From: an uncultured Desulfovibrionales bacterium
GTDB lineage: Bacteria > Desulfobacterota > Desulfovibrionia > Desulfovibrionales > Desulfonatronovibrionaceae
Reading direction: 5' to 3'
NCBI GenBank assembly: GCA_964614055.1
Contig: CAZTKE010000001.1
Coordinates: 6,349-70,348, forward strand
DNA: 64,000 nucleotides
Below are positions 1-9,653 of the stretch, one piece after another. A program made the translations under genes and the position numbers. Under the pieces are notes generated by a model. It ran no database searches. It was not told the origin of the DNA and saw nothing but the letters and a program-made list of their open reading frames with translations. The stretch's first letter is position 1. Every line of letters begins with the position of its first letter.

Positions 1-1
1 T

Positions 2-613
2 ACCGAGGCATCTCCCATAACCCATCTGAATCCATTGAACGGGGAAAGGAAATACGGTTCCATCGGCCTGCCCTTCCCGGACACGGACGCCCGCATAGTG
101 GACATGGAAGTAGGTACCATTCCCCTGCCTCCGGGTAAAATCGGAGAATTGACGATCCGCGGTCCGCAAATCATGAAGGGATACTGGAACAGACCGGACG
201 AAACCGCCACCGCTTTGCGCAACAACTGGCTGTACACCGGGGATATCGCCTACATGGACGAACAGGGCTACTTCTATATCGTGGACCGCAAAAAGGATCT
301 GATAATCTCCGGCGGATACAATATTTACCCCCGGGAAATAGACGAGGTCCTTTACGAGCACCCCAAAATACAGGAAGCGGTTACCGTGGGAGTACCGCAT
401 AAGGCCCGCGGGGAAATCGTAAAGGCGTTTATTGTCCCGGAGAGTGACGTAAAACTGGAAAAAAGCGAAATAATAGCCTTCTGTCGGGAAAAAATGGCCG
501 GATACAAGGTGCCCAAGAAAATCGAATTCCGGGAGGAGCTGCCCAAGACAATGGTGGGCAAAATACTGCGCCGCGCCCTTCGGGACGAGGAAATAAAGAA
601 AAATAAGAGTTGA
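2..613 (+). CDS. AMP-dependent acyl-CoA synthetase/ligase (FadD-like), C-terminal fragment; 5' end lies outside the window
   Basis: The frame is open from the window edge. The translation carries adenylate-forming-enzyme blocks ([70 protein letters not shown]). Confidence 0.85.
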   Translation, partial: TEASPITHLNPLNGERKYGSIGLPFPDTDARIVDMEVGTIPLPPGKIGELTIRGPQIMKGYWNRPDETATALRNNWLYTGDIAYMDEQGYFYIVDRKKDLIISGGYNIYPREIDEVLYEHPKIQEAVTVGVPHKARGEIVKAFIVPESDVKLEKSEIIAFCREKMAGYKVPKKIEFREELPKTMVGKILRRALRDEEIKKNKS

Positions 614-743
614 ACAGTCGCGTATCCCCGATCACTCCGAACCCCCGGATAATCAATTCTTCTGTTGAATATACAAGCATTGCTTGCTTCTTTGACTTTT
701 TCGGGTTACATTCAGTCATAAATATAGCTTGCGGGGGATAGAA

Positions 744-1658
744 ATGTATTGTTCCAAGTGTAAATACACATCTTTTGACAATCTGGATAAGTGCCCGAAA
801 TGCGGGGAAGATTGGACCGAATTAAAAAAGAAAATAAACCTGGAGTGGGTGGGGCACAATGCAACTCCCTGGTTGGAAATCGGCGAAGATGAACTCGCAT
901 CGGCAAAGGATAATAAATCGAATATTATCTCCGGGTTTGATGCCGATGAGGACATAGACTTCAGTTTTGACGAAAACGAAGCAGGGGAAGACCTGGAAGA
1001 GATGCTCACCGGTACGGAGGAGGAAACGGAAGAAAAACACCCTTCGGAAGAGAATATAATAGACTACTTCGGGGAAGAGGAAGGCACATCTCAGGAACCC
1101 GTTTTGGAGTTTGGACTGGATGAATTTGAAAACCAGGAATCCCAAAATAAAGACGGGGCCGAGGAAGAAATAGACATCAGTCAGCTGGAATGGGAAGAAG
1201 ACGAGCTGGACACCCAGAATATGGACAGCAGTCCCGAAGCGTCACCGTCTGAAGAATCCGAAAGCACCGAGGGAGAAACCGAACTCGGGGATCTGGACCT
1301 GGAGGGGATTGAAATCTCGGAAACAGATATTCCCCCGGAATCCGAAGAAAAATCATCCAGCGGGGACACGTACACTGACCTTCCTGACTCCGAGGATCTG
1401 GGCATTGACCTTGCCGGAGATGAACAAAGCGGGGAAACCCAACTTTCTCAGGTTGAAGCAGAGGCAGAAACTCCCTCGCCGGAGGATTTGGATGAGGATG
1501 AATTGCTCAAGGATTTATCCGCGGACAACGAGGGTGAAAACAACCGGGAGGAGACCTCGACCAATGAAGATACAAAGGAAAAAGATAACTCCAGCTCCGC
1601 AGAATTGGACGGGGATATAGATTACCCGGAACTGGATCTTTTTGAGGAAGAAAAATAA
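744..1658 (+). CDS. Zinc-ribbon protein with a very long D/E-rich acidic tail (hypothetical)
   Basis: ATG at 744 is preceded by GGGGGA. The N-terminus MYCSKCKYTSFDNLDKCPKCGEDW is a CxxC-x12-CxxC ribbon. The rest is acidic low-complexity sequence with almost no K/R. A strong terminator follows. Confidence 0.6.
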   Translation: MYCSKCKYTSFDNLDKCPKCGEDWTELKKKINLEWVGHNATPWLEIGEDELASAKDNKSNIISGFDADEDIDFSFDENEAGEDLEEMLTGTEEETEEKHPSEENIIDYFGEEEGTSQEPVLEFGLDEFENQESQNKDGAEEEIDISQLEWEEDELDTQNMDSSPEASPSEESESTEGETELGDLDLEGIEISETDIPPESEEKSSSGDTYTDLPDSEDLGIDLAGDEQSGETQLSQVEAEAETPSPEDLDEDELLKDLSADNEGENNREETSTNEDTKEKDNSSSAELDGDIDYPELDLFEEEK

Positions 1659-1703
1659 AACATACTAGACATATTAGTAGATTAGACAAATCCTTATACA
1701 TAG

Positions 1704-1742
1704 AAAACCCGGGAAGGTTTCTAAACAGCCTTTCCGGGTTTT
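1704..1742. terminator. Bidirectional intrinsic terminator between convergent genes
   Basis: AAAA-CCCGGGAAGG-(11 nt loop)-CCTTTCCGGG-TTTT forms a 10-bp stem with one G.U pair. It is flanked by an A-run and a T-run. Confidence 0.75.
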
Positions 1743-1820
1743 CTATCCCCGTTCGCACATATTCGCGTAACTTCCTTCCGGGCTTATCTTTTCCCGCCGC
1801 AATGCTACTTCGCGCGGAAT

Positions 1821-3188
1821 CTATTCGCTTAGAGGGGGCTGGGCGCTTAACAGGTCCGCCTCTCCATGGCTGTCTTCCAGGGGAACCCCGGGCATGTAAT
1901 CCTCGACCATGTCCAGCTTAGAGTGCACGGGGACAAATTTGTATCCCAGTATGTTCACCACATCCTCATATTTGTGCATGATCTCCTCGTGGCTGTCACC
2001 GGGGATATCCACCATGCAATAGCGGAAACTGTCCGGATTGTGCTTGAACTCGGACAGATTAAAGCCCTCGTGCACCAGATTGCGGACATGCACTTCCGGA
2101 TATTTCAGATGCATTTCCGCGTAAGCGCTCTGAGTCGGGGTCTGAACAATCCGGGCGTCTGCAAAATGGTGCAGTTCGAAATTATAGCAGTATTTAAAAC
2201 GATTTTCCCTTGTGGGGACCAAAGACGGCTTCTTGCCCACGGCCACATCGCACTGCAGATGCAGGGGATCAAAACCGCGCACCGCTTCTATGGTCTTGGC
2301 GAACTGAAAGGCGATGCGGCTGTTCACCTCCACTATTTTGAATGTATTGTCCTTTTCGTTGGCCCGAATCTCCACATTGAAAAAACTGTCATTTATCCCC
2401 AGAGCGGGGATAAGCCGGGATAGCCCCTCTTCTATCTTTTTGGTCAATTCCGGGGAAAATGAATAGGGAAAGAGATGATAAAAGAAGCTGTTGCTGTCCG
2501 GATAGTAATTGGCCTTGGTCACCCCGAAAAAGGTTATTTCCCCTTCATAAATAAAACCGTCAACCGTCACCTGAACCCCATCTATCAAGCCCTCGCACAG
2601 AAAACTGTTGCAAGTGGCGATATTCATGGCATTATGATATGATGGCCTGCGGGACAGGGCGTCCAGGTAATACTGGTTATAGCGGGCGATATCTATGCTC
2701 TCCCGGGTAATATAGTATTCCAGCTCTTTTTGGGATTCGATCCGGTGCGTCCCAAAGGAAATATTGGACCGGGCCGGCTTGGTAAAAAAGGGCAGGGATA
2801 GCCGGGAAGGATTGCGCAGATAATCCAGAGCAATCGCATAGTCCGGTGTAATCTCCGGTACGACCTGCTTTTGGATCCGCCGGGAAAGATACTTGTTCTG
2901 GCAGTTGACCACTGCATCCACGGAAGCGAAGCGTTTGCCGGTCTCCTGGGCTATTATGGCCGCTATAACCGCTGATGAGTCATGCGTCCCGATAATCCCG
3001 TCATAAAGCTCCGGGTTCTTCTTAATCCGTTCTATTGTCTCTTCCAGATAATCCAGGACTCCAAACCGGAGAATTTTTTCAAAGGATTCAATGGCCAGTT
3101 CATACTCCGGGTTATCGGCAAAACTCTCACTGACCACATCTATATCGCTTGCATCGCAGAGAAATAAAATCCTCTTCTTTTCAGACAT
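1821..3188 (-). CDS. ATP-grasp domain protein, substrate unknown
   Basis: Translation has an ATP-grasp-like layout (KKRILFL pre-ATP-grasp, FFTKPARS.., FNVEIRANEKDNTFKIVEVNSR). The start is set at the second ATG (MSEKKR) because AAGGAG lies 7 nt upstream. The ORF extends to 3230. Confidence 0.6.
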   Translation of the reverse strand: MSEKKRILFLCDASDIDVVSESFADNPEYELAIESFEKILRFGVLDYLEETIERIKKNPELYDGIIGTHDSSAVIAAIIAQETGKRFASVDAVVNCQNKYLSRRIQKQVVPEITPDYAIALDYLRNPSRLSLPFFTKPARSNISFGTHRIESQKELEYYITRESIDIARYNQYYLDALSRRPSYHNAMNIATCNSFLCEGLIDGVQVTVDGFIYEGEITFFGVTKANYYPDSNSFFYHLFPYSFSPELTKKIEEGLSRLIPALGINDSFFNVEIRANEKDNTFKIVEVNSRIAFQFAKTIEAVRGFDPLHLQCDVAVGKKPSLVPTRENRFKYCYNFELHHFADARIVQTPTQSAYAEMHLKYPEVHVRNLVHEGFNLSEFKHNPDSFRYCMVDIPGDSHEEIMHKYEDVVNILGYKFVPVHSKLDMVEDYMPGVPLEDSHGEADLLSAQPPLSE

Positions 3189-3567
3189 ACCCATCTCCTT
3201 ATTTTGAACACTTTCGTTCCGCAAATTCATTCAACTTTTCCGGAAATATACGCCCTGTTGGGCAACCAGCACAAATCCCCGGATCAGACTGCCGGTTTCC
3301 GGCCAAAAAGTCTTCCCGGCAATCCAATTCTTCGTGTACGCAGAAATAGCAAAACACATTATCCGAAAACGCGTTTCACACCCTGTCCCCGAACGAAGAT
3401 TCGGCAGACAGGCCGTAAAGCAAAGAAAATCGTTTTTAGGGTAGATGATAAGCCGAACCGAAACAATCCGGCACTGGCAAGAAAAAAGAAACAACCGAGC
3501 AGAAGCTGGCCTTATCCCGCGGACTAAAAAGCCTAAGACTGAATCCTACTTCCCTTTCCCATCAACA

Positions 3568-3595
3568 GTAAAAACAATTCAGCTCAGGGGCTGAA
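3568..3595 (-). terminator. Putative intrinsic terminator after the amidohydrolase gene
   Basis: On the minus strand, TTCAGC-CCCTGA-GCTGAA is followed by TTGTTTTT. The stem is short (6 bp). Confidence 0.4.
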
Positions 3596-3614
3596 AATGG
3601 CAATATCCTGCTGT

Positions 3615-4877
3615 TTATCCCGGGCCGAGCGGAGAAGCGGAAGACCACTGCTCCACATCCACCTCTCCTCTTACAAGCTCTCCGTCCTTAAAGATCATAA
3701 GGATATTCTCCAAAGAGGCCAGGACTTGAATATCCTCAAGCGGATTTCCCTGGAGCACCAGACAATCCGCCAGTTTTCCCTTTTTCAGGGTGCCCACCTG
3801 CTTGTGCAGGCCTATTCCTTCGGCGGCGATTTTGGTGGAGGCGATTATAGCCGACATCTCATCCATGATGCCCGTCTGCACAAACTGTATCACTTCCATG
3901 GCGTTTTTGCCATGAAAATTATGCGGGGTCCCCGCGTCAGTCCCCATTATTATTTTCACCCCGAGCTCGTGGGCCTTGTGCAGATTTTCCTTGCGGATTT
4001 TGGCCACCTCATTGGCCTTATCCGCCATAAACTGAGGCAACTCTTTTTTGTTGTCCGTTTGCAGCATCCAGAAATTAGAACTGAGCGTGGAAGTCAAGTA
4101 TACGTCATTATCCAGCATCATCTTCCGGGCTTCATCATCAGCCAGAGTGCCGTGCTCCACTGTGCGCACCCCGGCCCGCACCGAATTCTTGATCCCTTCC
4201 GCGCCATGTGCATGGGCCGCGGTATGTTTGCCCACCTTCTTCCCTTCCTGAACAACCACCCGGATTTCGTCCGTATCCAATTGCGGGGCGCCCGGGACTC
4301 CCCCGGGATTCATTATCGCCCCGGTGGCCATTACCTTCAAAATGTCCGCCCCGTGTTTCAGCTGCTCCCTGGCCGCCCGGCGATTCTCGTCTATTCCGCT
4401 CGCTTCCTGATAGAGCCCATTGAAATACTCATTCCCGGCCGACTGCATGCAGATTATTTTTCCGCTGGTCAGGATTCTAGGCCCGACTATCAGTCCCTCT
4501 TCCACTGCTTTTTTTACTGCGATATCTATATAGTGAGCTGATCCGGCGTTACGCACCGTGGTTATTCCCGCCCGTATGGTATTTCCCATTTCCAGGCCGG
4601 AACGAATCGACCTCAATTTATCCTCGACCAGACTTTCATGATAGGTATCAGACATTCCGTGCATATCCAGATGGATATGGGCATCTATAAGACCGGGGAT
4701 TACAAACTTGCCTTTCAGATCATATTTTTTGGCACCTTCCGGGATCTCTATGTCTTCTTTCCTGCCCACCCGGGCAATAACATCCCCTTCAAAGACCATT
4801 GCCGCATCCTTTATTATCTGCCCGGTCCCATCAATCAGGGTCATATTCTGTAAAACAATCTCTTGCATCAAATCCAT
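3615..4877 (-). CDS. Metal-dependent amidohydrolase family protein
   Basis: Motifs PGLIDAHIHLDMHG (HxH), HTAAHAHG and MGTDAG.. fit the amidohydrolase superfamily metal-ligand pattern. Confidence 0.8.
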   Translation of the reverse strand: MDLMQEIVLQNMTLIDGTGQIIKDAAMVFEGDVIARVGRKEDIEIPEGAKKYDLKGKFVIPGLIDAHIHLDMHGMSDTYHESLVEDKLRSIRSGLEMGNTIRAGITTVRNAGSAHYIDIAVKKAVEEGLIVGPRILTSGKIICMQSAGNEYFNGLYQEASGIDENRRAAREQLKHGADILKVMATGAIMNPGGVPGAPQLDTDEIRVVVQEGKKVGKHTAAHAHGAEGIKNSVRAGVRTVEHGTLADDEARKMMLDNDVYLTSTLSSNFWMLQTDNKKELPQFMADKANEVAKIRKENLHKAHELGVKIIMGTDAGTPHNFHGKNAMEVIQFVQTGIMDEMSAIIASTKIAAEGIGLHKQVGTLKKGKLADCLVLQGNPLEDIQVLASLENILMIFKDGELVRGEVDVEQWSSASPLGPG

Positions 4878-5044
4878 CCGCTATTTAAAAAATACTGTTA
4901 TTTCAAACCATTCAAAATTTAAGGCAATCAAAGCTAAAATAAGCAAAAACCACGATTAGTCAAGAAGCGGATATCCATTTTCCCCGCCTTTTTACAAAGC
5001 ATGGTTCCGTCGGTAAAAAGAAACAGAAAGTCCCGGGAAAATCC

Positions 5045-5073
5045 TTGACTAAACCCGGAGAAAAAAATAGAAA
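5045..5073 (+). promoter_or_regulatory. Sigma70-like promoter for tRNA-Arg
   Basis: TTGACT, 17 nt, then TAGAAA. The -10 element ends 11 nt before the mature tRNA 5' end. Confidence 0.4.
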
Positions 5074-5084
5074 TCTTCGCTGTT

Positions 5085-5161
5085 GCGCCAGTAGCTCAGT
5101 TGGATAGAGCGCCGGACTACGAATCCGTAGGTCGGGAGTTCGAATCTTCCCTGGCGCACCA
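5085..5161 (+). tRNA. tRNA-Arg (anticodon ACG), CCA encoded
   Basis: Manual cloverleaf: acceptor GCGCCAG/CTGGCGC, D-arm GCTC/GAGC, anticodon loop CTACGAA, T-arm GGGAG-TTCGAAT-CTTCC, discriminator A plus CCA. There is one C-U mismatch at the base of the anticodon stem. Confidence 0.9.
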
Positions 5162-5170
5162 AAATTTCCG

Positions 5171-5201
5171 GGGGTTGGATGCAAATCTAACCCCTTTTTT
5201 T
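5171..5201 (+). terminator. Intrinsic terminator after tRNA-Arg
   Basis: GGGGTTGGA-(loop)-TCTAACCCC is followed by TTTTTTT. Confidence 0.75.
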
Positions 5202-5223
5202 ATCCCCCGCACGGCATTACATC

Positions 5224-6225
5224 CTACTCTCCCCCGGACTCCAAGGCGGAATTATCCCGGGCGACCATCTTGGAGACAATAAAGCTGTCGATAACGATCT
5301 GGCTCACGTAAAAGACCACAATGGGGAAGATAGCCAGGGGATGGTGCTCCGCGTAGGTTACCGCCCATATGGCCACGGAAAGGGACATGGGCTTTTCCGA
5401 GGTAATGAGCATAAAGGACCTTCCGGATCGGTCTTCCAGCTTGAGCCAGTGCCTGGCGGCAACAAAAGCGAGGCCGAACATGACCACGTGCAGAAGCACG
5501 CTTGGAGCCACCACCTGAAAAAGATCGTGCAGCCTAAGCTCGCGCAAAAGATCCGCTTCCTTGGAGCAGGACAGATATACCAGCCCGGTGATGCAGATCA
5601 TGGGCAGATAGTGATTTATGCCGGTCATCCGGGAGGGGAGTTTGGGGAAGAATTTGCGCAGGATCTGACCGGTTATAATCGGGGCGAACAAATAAAACAC
5701 CATATTCTGCAAGACCTGTAGCTCCGAAACCGGGGACTCCGCACCCAGCCATACGGACAGGTTAAGAGGAATGGACACCAGCCCGATTATATTCAGGGCG
5801 GTCAAAAGGATTACCGCGGTCAAAGGATCGCCCCCGGCACTGGCGGACATGGCCATGGCCGCCTCCAGGGAATTGGGGAAACTGGCCATGAGTAAAAAAC
5901 CCACTTTATGATCGCTGGATAGGCCGAACAGCTTGACCACCACCCAGGCCAGAAATGGATAGGCGACAATGGCCACCAAGGCGGCCACCCCCACCAGTTT
6001 TAAGTAACTCTTGGCCTTGTGCGCCTGGGACAAGTCCATTTTAAGCCCCTGGCTGATAAATATCGCGGCCACGAGCAAGGCATTGACCCAGGAACTGTCC
6101 ATAATCGCGTGCGGAGCCGGGAGATAAACGGCCAAGCCTATGGCCAGAATAATTAAAAGCAAAAGAAGATTTCGTCTGGTAAAATCCTCCACCGTACTTA
6201 AAAGACCGCCAGTATCAGGGTGCAT
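5224..6225 (-). CDS. Bile acid:Na+ symporter (BASS/SBF-like) family transporter
   Basis: Polytopic membrane protein with SBF-like blocks (FISQGLKMD, LLMASFPNSLEAAMAMSASAGGD). The start is set at MHPDTGG because GGGAG lies 7 nt upstream. The ORF extends to 6261. Confidence 0.7.
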   Translation of the reverse strand: MHPDTGGLLSTVEDFTRRNLLLLLIILAIGLAVYLPAPHAIMDSSWVNALLVAAIFISQGLKMDLSQAHKAKSYLKLVGVAALVAIVAYPFLAWVVVKLFGLSSDHKVGFLLMASFPNSLEAAMAMSASAGGDPLTAVILLTALNIIGLVSIPLNLSVWLGAESPVSELQVLQNMVFYLFAPIITGQILRKFFPKLPSRMTGINHYLPMICITGLVYLSCSKEADLLRELRLHDLFQVVAPSVLLHVVMFGLAFVAARHWLKLEDRSGRSFMLITSEKPMSLSVAIWAVTYAEHHPLAIFPIVVFYVSQIVIDSFIVSKMVARDNSALESGGE

Positions 6226-6318
6226 AAAAAACTCCCGGCTGATGTTGTAAACTCCGCACATAAGGCTTTCGTCCGGGAAAAGGCAAGCCTTGAAAAGCTG
6301 ACTTTAAGTCGGATTGAT

Positions 6319-8412
6319 TTACATTTCGGATATGCTTAAATCAAATTCCGCCGGGGCATCGGGGCCGGGGCAAACCGCCACGTACCAAATTCCGGCATCG
6401 CCCTCCCAAGTGACTTTCCCTCGATCCTGCGCTACTTGCTCCACCAGATCGCCGTCCATTATGCGCAGCATGAATTCTTCATTTGCGGTGGAAAACTCGA
6501 TCGGTCCCCGGTGTTCATCCAATTCAAGCCTGTACCAATTATTGTGCATGAACCGCGATTCGCCATGTACCACCTCCCCGATTTGCATAGAAGGCACCAA
6601 AGCGGCATCGTATGCCTTGAATCCGCCCCCGCCCACCAGTTTTTCCCTGCCGTCTTCCCGGATCACCCGTATCGAGCTGTCCTCGCGCTGGCTCATGAGT
6701 CCCCGGAGAAACACGACATTTTCGTTCTCGGGAAAAACCGGGGCGTCCAGCATTCCGGTAAGCATAAGAAACCCGTTTTCCCGGCGCAATTTAAAATACG
6801 TATAATTCCAAAGATAAATATCGTTCCAGCCTATATTGTCTATTATGTATTTCTTGCCGGTTCGCTTCATCCAGGCCCCGGGGATATCCGCCTTTCCCGT
6901 CTTCAGCCCCAAACAACCAACGGAGCGGTTCCCGGAGATATAAGCGGCATGGCCCTCGGTCGCTCCGCTCTTGATCATAAACATATAATCCCGGCCTTGC
7001 CATTCCCGTTTTACAAAGGCCAGGCCATATTTTTCGCCCTGCACATCATACATGTCCTTTTGCGGATTATACACCAGGTCCACTTTTTCCGGCTCATCCT
7101 TTTGAATATTTCGGAGCCATACCGCCCGGTCGCCGCCGTCTTCAGCCGCAACTCGATCACAGCCGCCGATATGCACGTAAAGCCCTTCAATCTTCTCTTT
7201 CCCGCGCAGGGACTCGTACTGCGGTAGTTTTGGCGCACTCGGCTCAAGACCGCATTTTTCCCTTACCGCGTTTTTCAGGCATTCCCTGGCCACGGCATAC
7301 TTGAACCCGGAGGCGGTATCGCTGTTCGCGAGCACGATCACCCCAAGATTCTTGTCCGGCAATATCTCCATGAAGGTCTGAAAATTCTTGACTCCGCCGT
7401 CCTTGGCCCACGCCCTCCCGGCATAGCGCATCACCGGATCGTCGGCGGTGTCCAGGCCCAGGCCGGGCTGGAAATAGCTGCTTACATCCAGGGGGGTCTT
7501 TTCCATCTCGCCCATCATATCAACGCTCCCGGAGTTAAGCAGCCGTTTCCCGGTGGCGGACCGGCCCCGGTTCAAGATCATCTTTATGAATTCGGCCATG
7601 TCCAAGGCGGTTGTATACGCCCCGCCGGTAGGAGCTATGTTTAATTCCGCGTCCGGGCAGATCGGCTCCCCCTGGAAATAACCTTTTGCGGCGTTGGCTT
7701 TTATCTGCCGAAACGCACTGTTTTCCATGCCCAGGGGGACAAAAATGTTCTCACGCACATAATACCCGAAGCTTTCCGTACCGGACAGATTTCGCACCAT
7801 CTCTCCGGCCAGGGTAAACGCGGTATTGGAATAGCTGGCCACTTCACCCGGCCTGTGACTCGGGTAATCGCCGCGCAAATAATCGATCAGCCAGTCTTTG
7901 TATAAATCCCGGTCCCAATCCAGCCAGCTCCGGGAAACAAAAGCGGCGTTCACTACATCGCCGGGAATGCCGCTGTGGTGATTAAGCACTCTTTTTACGG
8001 TCATCCCCCGCATCTGGTCCGGATAACGCTCGCGCATGTCAAATCCGGGCAGGTACTTGCCCAAAGGATCATCCAGGTCCTCAATTTTTCCCCGGTCGAG
8101 GAGCTGCAGCACGGATACCGCGGTGAGCGTCTTGGATATGGACCCCAGCATGTACACGGTATCATCTTCCGCCGGGATGCCGTTTTCCCTGTCCGCAAAT
8201 CCGAAGCCCTCGGACCACACCGTTTCATTGCCGCTGACAAGGGCGATACTAAGCCCCACCAGGTCGTGTTCACGCATTCCCTTTTTGATAAACGCTGTGG
8301 TCTTTTGGATCGTGGAATTGAAATCCAGCTCGGCTTTTGATTCCTCCCCACCGGCGCATCCGCATAAAAGAACAAACGCAGCCAATAAACAAAAAAATTT
8401 TCCCGTCTTCAT
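6319..8412 (-). CDS. Lipoprotein serine hydrolase (beta-lactamase/PBP-like fold) with a large C-terminal extension
   Basis: Lipobox signal MKTGKFFCLLAAFVLLCGCAG. SxxK motif SISKT and class C-like YSN. GAGGA RBS before ATG 8412. About 300 aa of C-terminal sequence is unassigned. Confidence 0.75.
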   Translation of the reverse strand: MKTGKFFCLLAAFVLLCGCAGGEESKAELDFNSTIQKTTAFIKKGMREHDLVGLSIALVSGNETVWSEGFGFADRENGIPAEDDTVYMLGSISKTLTAVSVLQLLDRGKIEDLDDPLGKYLPGFDMRERYPDQMRGMTVKRVLNHHSGIPGDVVNAAFVSRSWLDWDRDLYKDWLIDYLRGDYPSHRPGEVASYSNTAFTLAGEMVRNLSGTESFGYYVRENIFVPLGMENSAFRQIKANAAKGYFQGEPICPDAELNIAPTGGAYTTALDMAEFIKMILNRGRSATGKRLLNSGSVDMMGEMEKTPLDVSSYFQPGLGLDTADDPVMRYAGRAWAKDGGVKNFQTFMEILPDKNLGVIVLANSDTASGFKYAVARECLKNAVREKCGLEPSAPKLPQYESLRGKEKIEGLYVHIGGCDRVAAEDGGDRAVWLRNIQKDEPEKVDLVYNPQKDMYDVQGEKYGLAFVKREWQGRDYMFMIKSGATEGHAAYISGNRSVGCLGLKTGKADIPGAWMKRTGKKYIIDNIGWNDIYLWNYTYFKLRRENGFLMLTGMLDAPVFPENENVVFLRGLMSQREDSSIRVIREDGREKLVGGGGFKAYDAALVPSMQIGEVVHGESRFMHNNWYRLELDEHRGPIEFSTANEEFMLRIMDGDLVEQVAQDRGKVTWEGDAGIWYVAVCPGPDAPAEFDLSISEM

Positions 8413-8467
8413 TTTATCCTCGCTAATTCGCAGAATTATTGAATGCTTGCCGGAAAGGGGTAAAACA

Positions 8468-9647
8468 TCAGCGCCCACCCACAGGCAAAGTTATAAGCGG
8501 CTTTACGCTCTTGATATCCCCGGAAAGAAGCGAAAAAACCGACTCCAAAAGCATCAGATACGCCTTGGAGTTGTAGTCCTCGTCGTTTATATAAAAATAC
8601 CTGCCCCGGTAGGCTATCTTGACATAAGCGCTGCTCGGCGGGGTCTGCACGGTTTTGATGCGTATCAGGCCGGCATGAAGCCCGCCGCGGGAAGCCAGAT
8701 CGCCTTCGGGAGGAGAAAACGGACGGGCTATTTTCTTTTTCAGATCTCTTTGGGCCACTTCAACAAAACCGGAAAAATCGTAAAGCATCTGGAAAAAGCT
8801 CTTGAGTCTGACCGGGACCTTGGGACATTCAGTTGCCCCGCCTCTTTGCGCGGTCAGATCCCGCACCGTGGTAAGCTCTATCTTGAATACAATACTTCCG
8901 TCCGGCAGAACGGTCCTGCGGGGTTCAATCCCCAGCAAGCTTTCCACTTTTCCCGGCCCGGGACCGGTCCAGAAATCGCAGTTGCATGCGCAGCCCCTCA
9001 TTGTCCTCATTCTTATTTCCTCCCACCCGGATGAATTCCAGATTGCCCTTAGCCTGCAAATCGCGGAAAATACGGGCCAGGTCAAGAAACTTGACGTAAT
9101 TCTCCCGCATACTGTCGGTTAAGGGACGGGAAGGATCGAAATTATTCAGATCGCCTATCCGGGCCACCGTGGTCCACATAAGGGAATTAATGTCGAATCC
9201 GGTCCGGGTCAGGATAAGGAAATGCTCCAGGCTCATTTCGGTCTGCAAACGCCTTATGGCCTCCTCGCCCTGGAGCGGGGCATAGGTAACCGTGGGCGAT
9301 TCCGATATCCTCGTCCCCAGAGAGGGGGAATAGGTGTCGATGCCGGGCGCGCTGTTTCTGAGGTTGTTGGTCAAGGCGGCGGAGGCGCCCATATTAAAGG
9401 AGTATCCGAAGGAAGAGGAAATCGAGCCGACCTGCAAAAAGAAAGGCGGTTCCCAGTATCTGGCCCGGACGAGATTCAGGACGATCTCCTCGCTCTTGCT
9501 CCTTTGCAGCATGACATTGTAATCGAAGCGGTTGCCCTTGAAGGTCCTGGGGCCCATTGAGCACCCGCTAACGCAGAGCAAAAGCACCAAGGACAACAAT
9601 GGAGGAATAAAATATAAACCGTTTTTGTTGCGTGCGGAAATGGACAT
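8468..9647 (-). pseudogene. Lipoprotein of unknown function, apparently disrupted by a 1-nt frameshift (or sequencing error)
   Basis: ORFs 8925..9647 (lipobox LLLCVSGCS) and 8468..9085 overlap by 161 nt in adjacent frames. Protein-like sequence switches frame at an A4 run (T4 on the plus strand, 8948-8951). Removing one base gives ..RSRAGKVESLLGIEPRR.. Confidence 0.55.
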
Positions 9648-9653
9648 AAATTC

